Shown here in pieces: positions 63,706-64,000 of a stretch of 64,000 nucleotides of DNA. The notes beneath the pieces were generated by a model. It was given only the letters and a program-made list of their open reading frames with translations. It searched no databases and was not told where the DNA came from. The stretch is from positions 248,001 to 312,000 of the forward strand of contig JAPMXV010000049.1 in the NCBI GenBank assembly GCA_026936335.1. The letters run 5' to 3'. Both the position numbers and the translations under genes were made by a program. Origin of the DNA: Mantamonas sphyraenae STR306. Its lineage: Eukaryota > Protista > CRuMs. How positions within the stretch are numbered: position 1 is the first letter of the stretch; the number at the start of each line of letters is the position of its first letter.

Positions 63706-64000
63706 ATGGAACTAAGCCGGGTAGCCTCGATCCGCTTGCCTCACGGCTTGCAGGACCAGGACATCAAGCACATGGTCTTCCATCCAAAGAGACCCGCTGT
63801 GTACATGGCTGTTGATTCCACTGTCATCGGTGCGTGCTCCCTTGCAGTTGCCCGTCCCTGTCCCGCCCGCCACCCCGCTCCCGTTCACAGGCCGACGCTG
63901 ACTCCCTCTGCCTTCTCCGCAGAGTTTGATCTTGCTTCCTCCTCCCGCATCTTTGAGTTCCCCCACGCAGATCTGGTCAGCCACGTCACCGTACTCAGCA
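63706..64000 (+). CDS. 5' end of a WD40 protein, probably TSET/TPLATE complex subunit TWD40-1 (TTRAY1); exons 63706-63829 and 63923->end
   Basis: Splicing GTGCGT...GCTGAC...CCGCAG (93 nt) gives MELSRVASIRLPHGLQDQDIKHMVFHPKRPAVYMAVDSTVIEFDLASSSRIFEF. This resembles the N-terminus of plant TWD40-1 as I recall it (ME...L.H...FHP....AV...I.EFD). Only 67 codons are visible. Confidence 0.55.
   Translation, partial: MELSRVASIRLPHGLQDQDIKHMVFHPKRPAVYMAVDSTVIGACSLAVARPCPARHPAPVHRPTLTPSAFSAEFDLASSSRIFEFPHADLVSHVTVLS

Overview
Gene-dense genomic DNA from a microbial eukaryote: GC-rich, short GT-AG introns of 93-259 nt, intergenic gaps mostly 28-175 bp. No prokaryotic, CRISPR, RNA-gene or transposon signal was seen. 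About 49 of the 64 kb is taken by two giant minus-strand coiled-coil genes. Gene A (50421->14190) reconstructs to about 12,000 aa, with one intron and a ~35 kb exon broken by five single-base frame breaks. Gene B (12879->beyond base 1) is >4,290 aa and is built from kb-scale duplications plus an 11-residue His-striped repeat in a 363-bp higher-order array. Both giants carry the same small motif, H-x4-C-x2-C-x-R-x3-[LM]-x-G (5 copies in total), a candidate zinc clasp. A two-domain ependymin-related secreted protein lies between them. The rest of the window holds PPP4R4, a 2-TM orphan, ELP1, a secreted/GPI-like FnIII protein, an R2R3 Myb and the 5' end of a probable TSET subunit (TWD40-1/TTRAY1) that the ORF track does not show. 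The ~9 frame breaks most likely are long-read indel errors. All family assignments come from motif recognition, not database searches.
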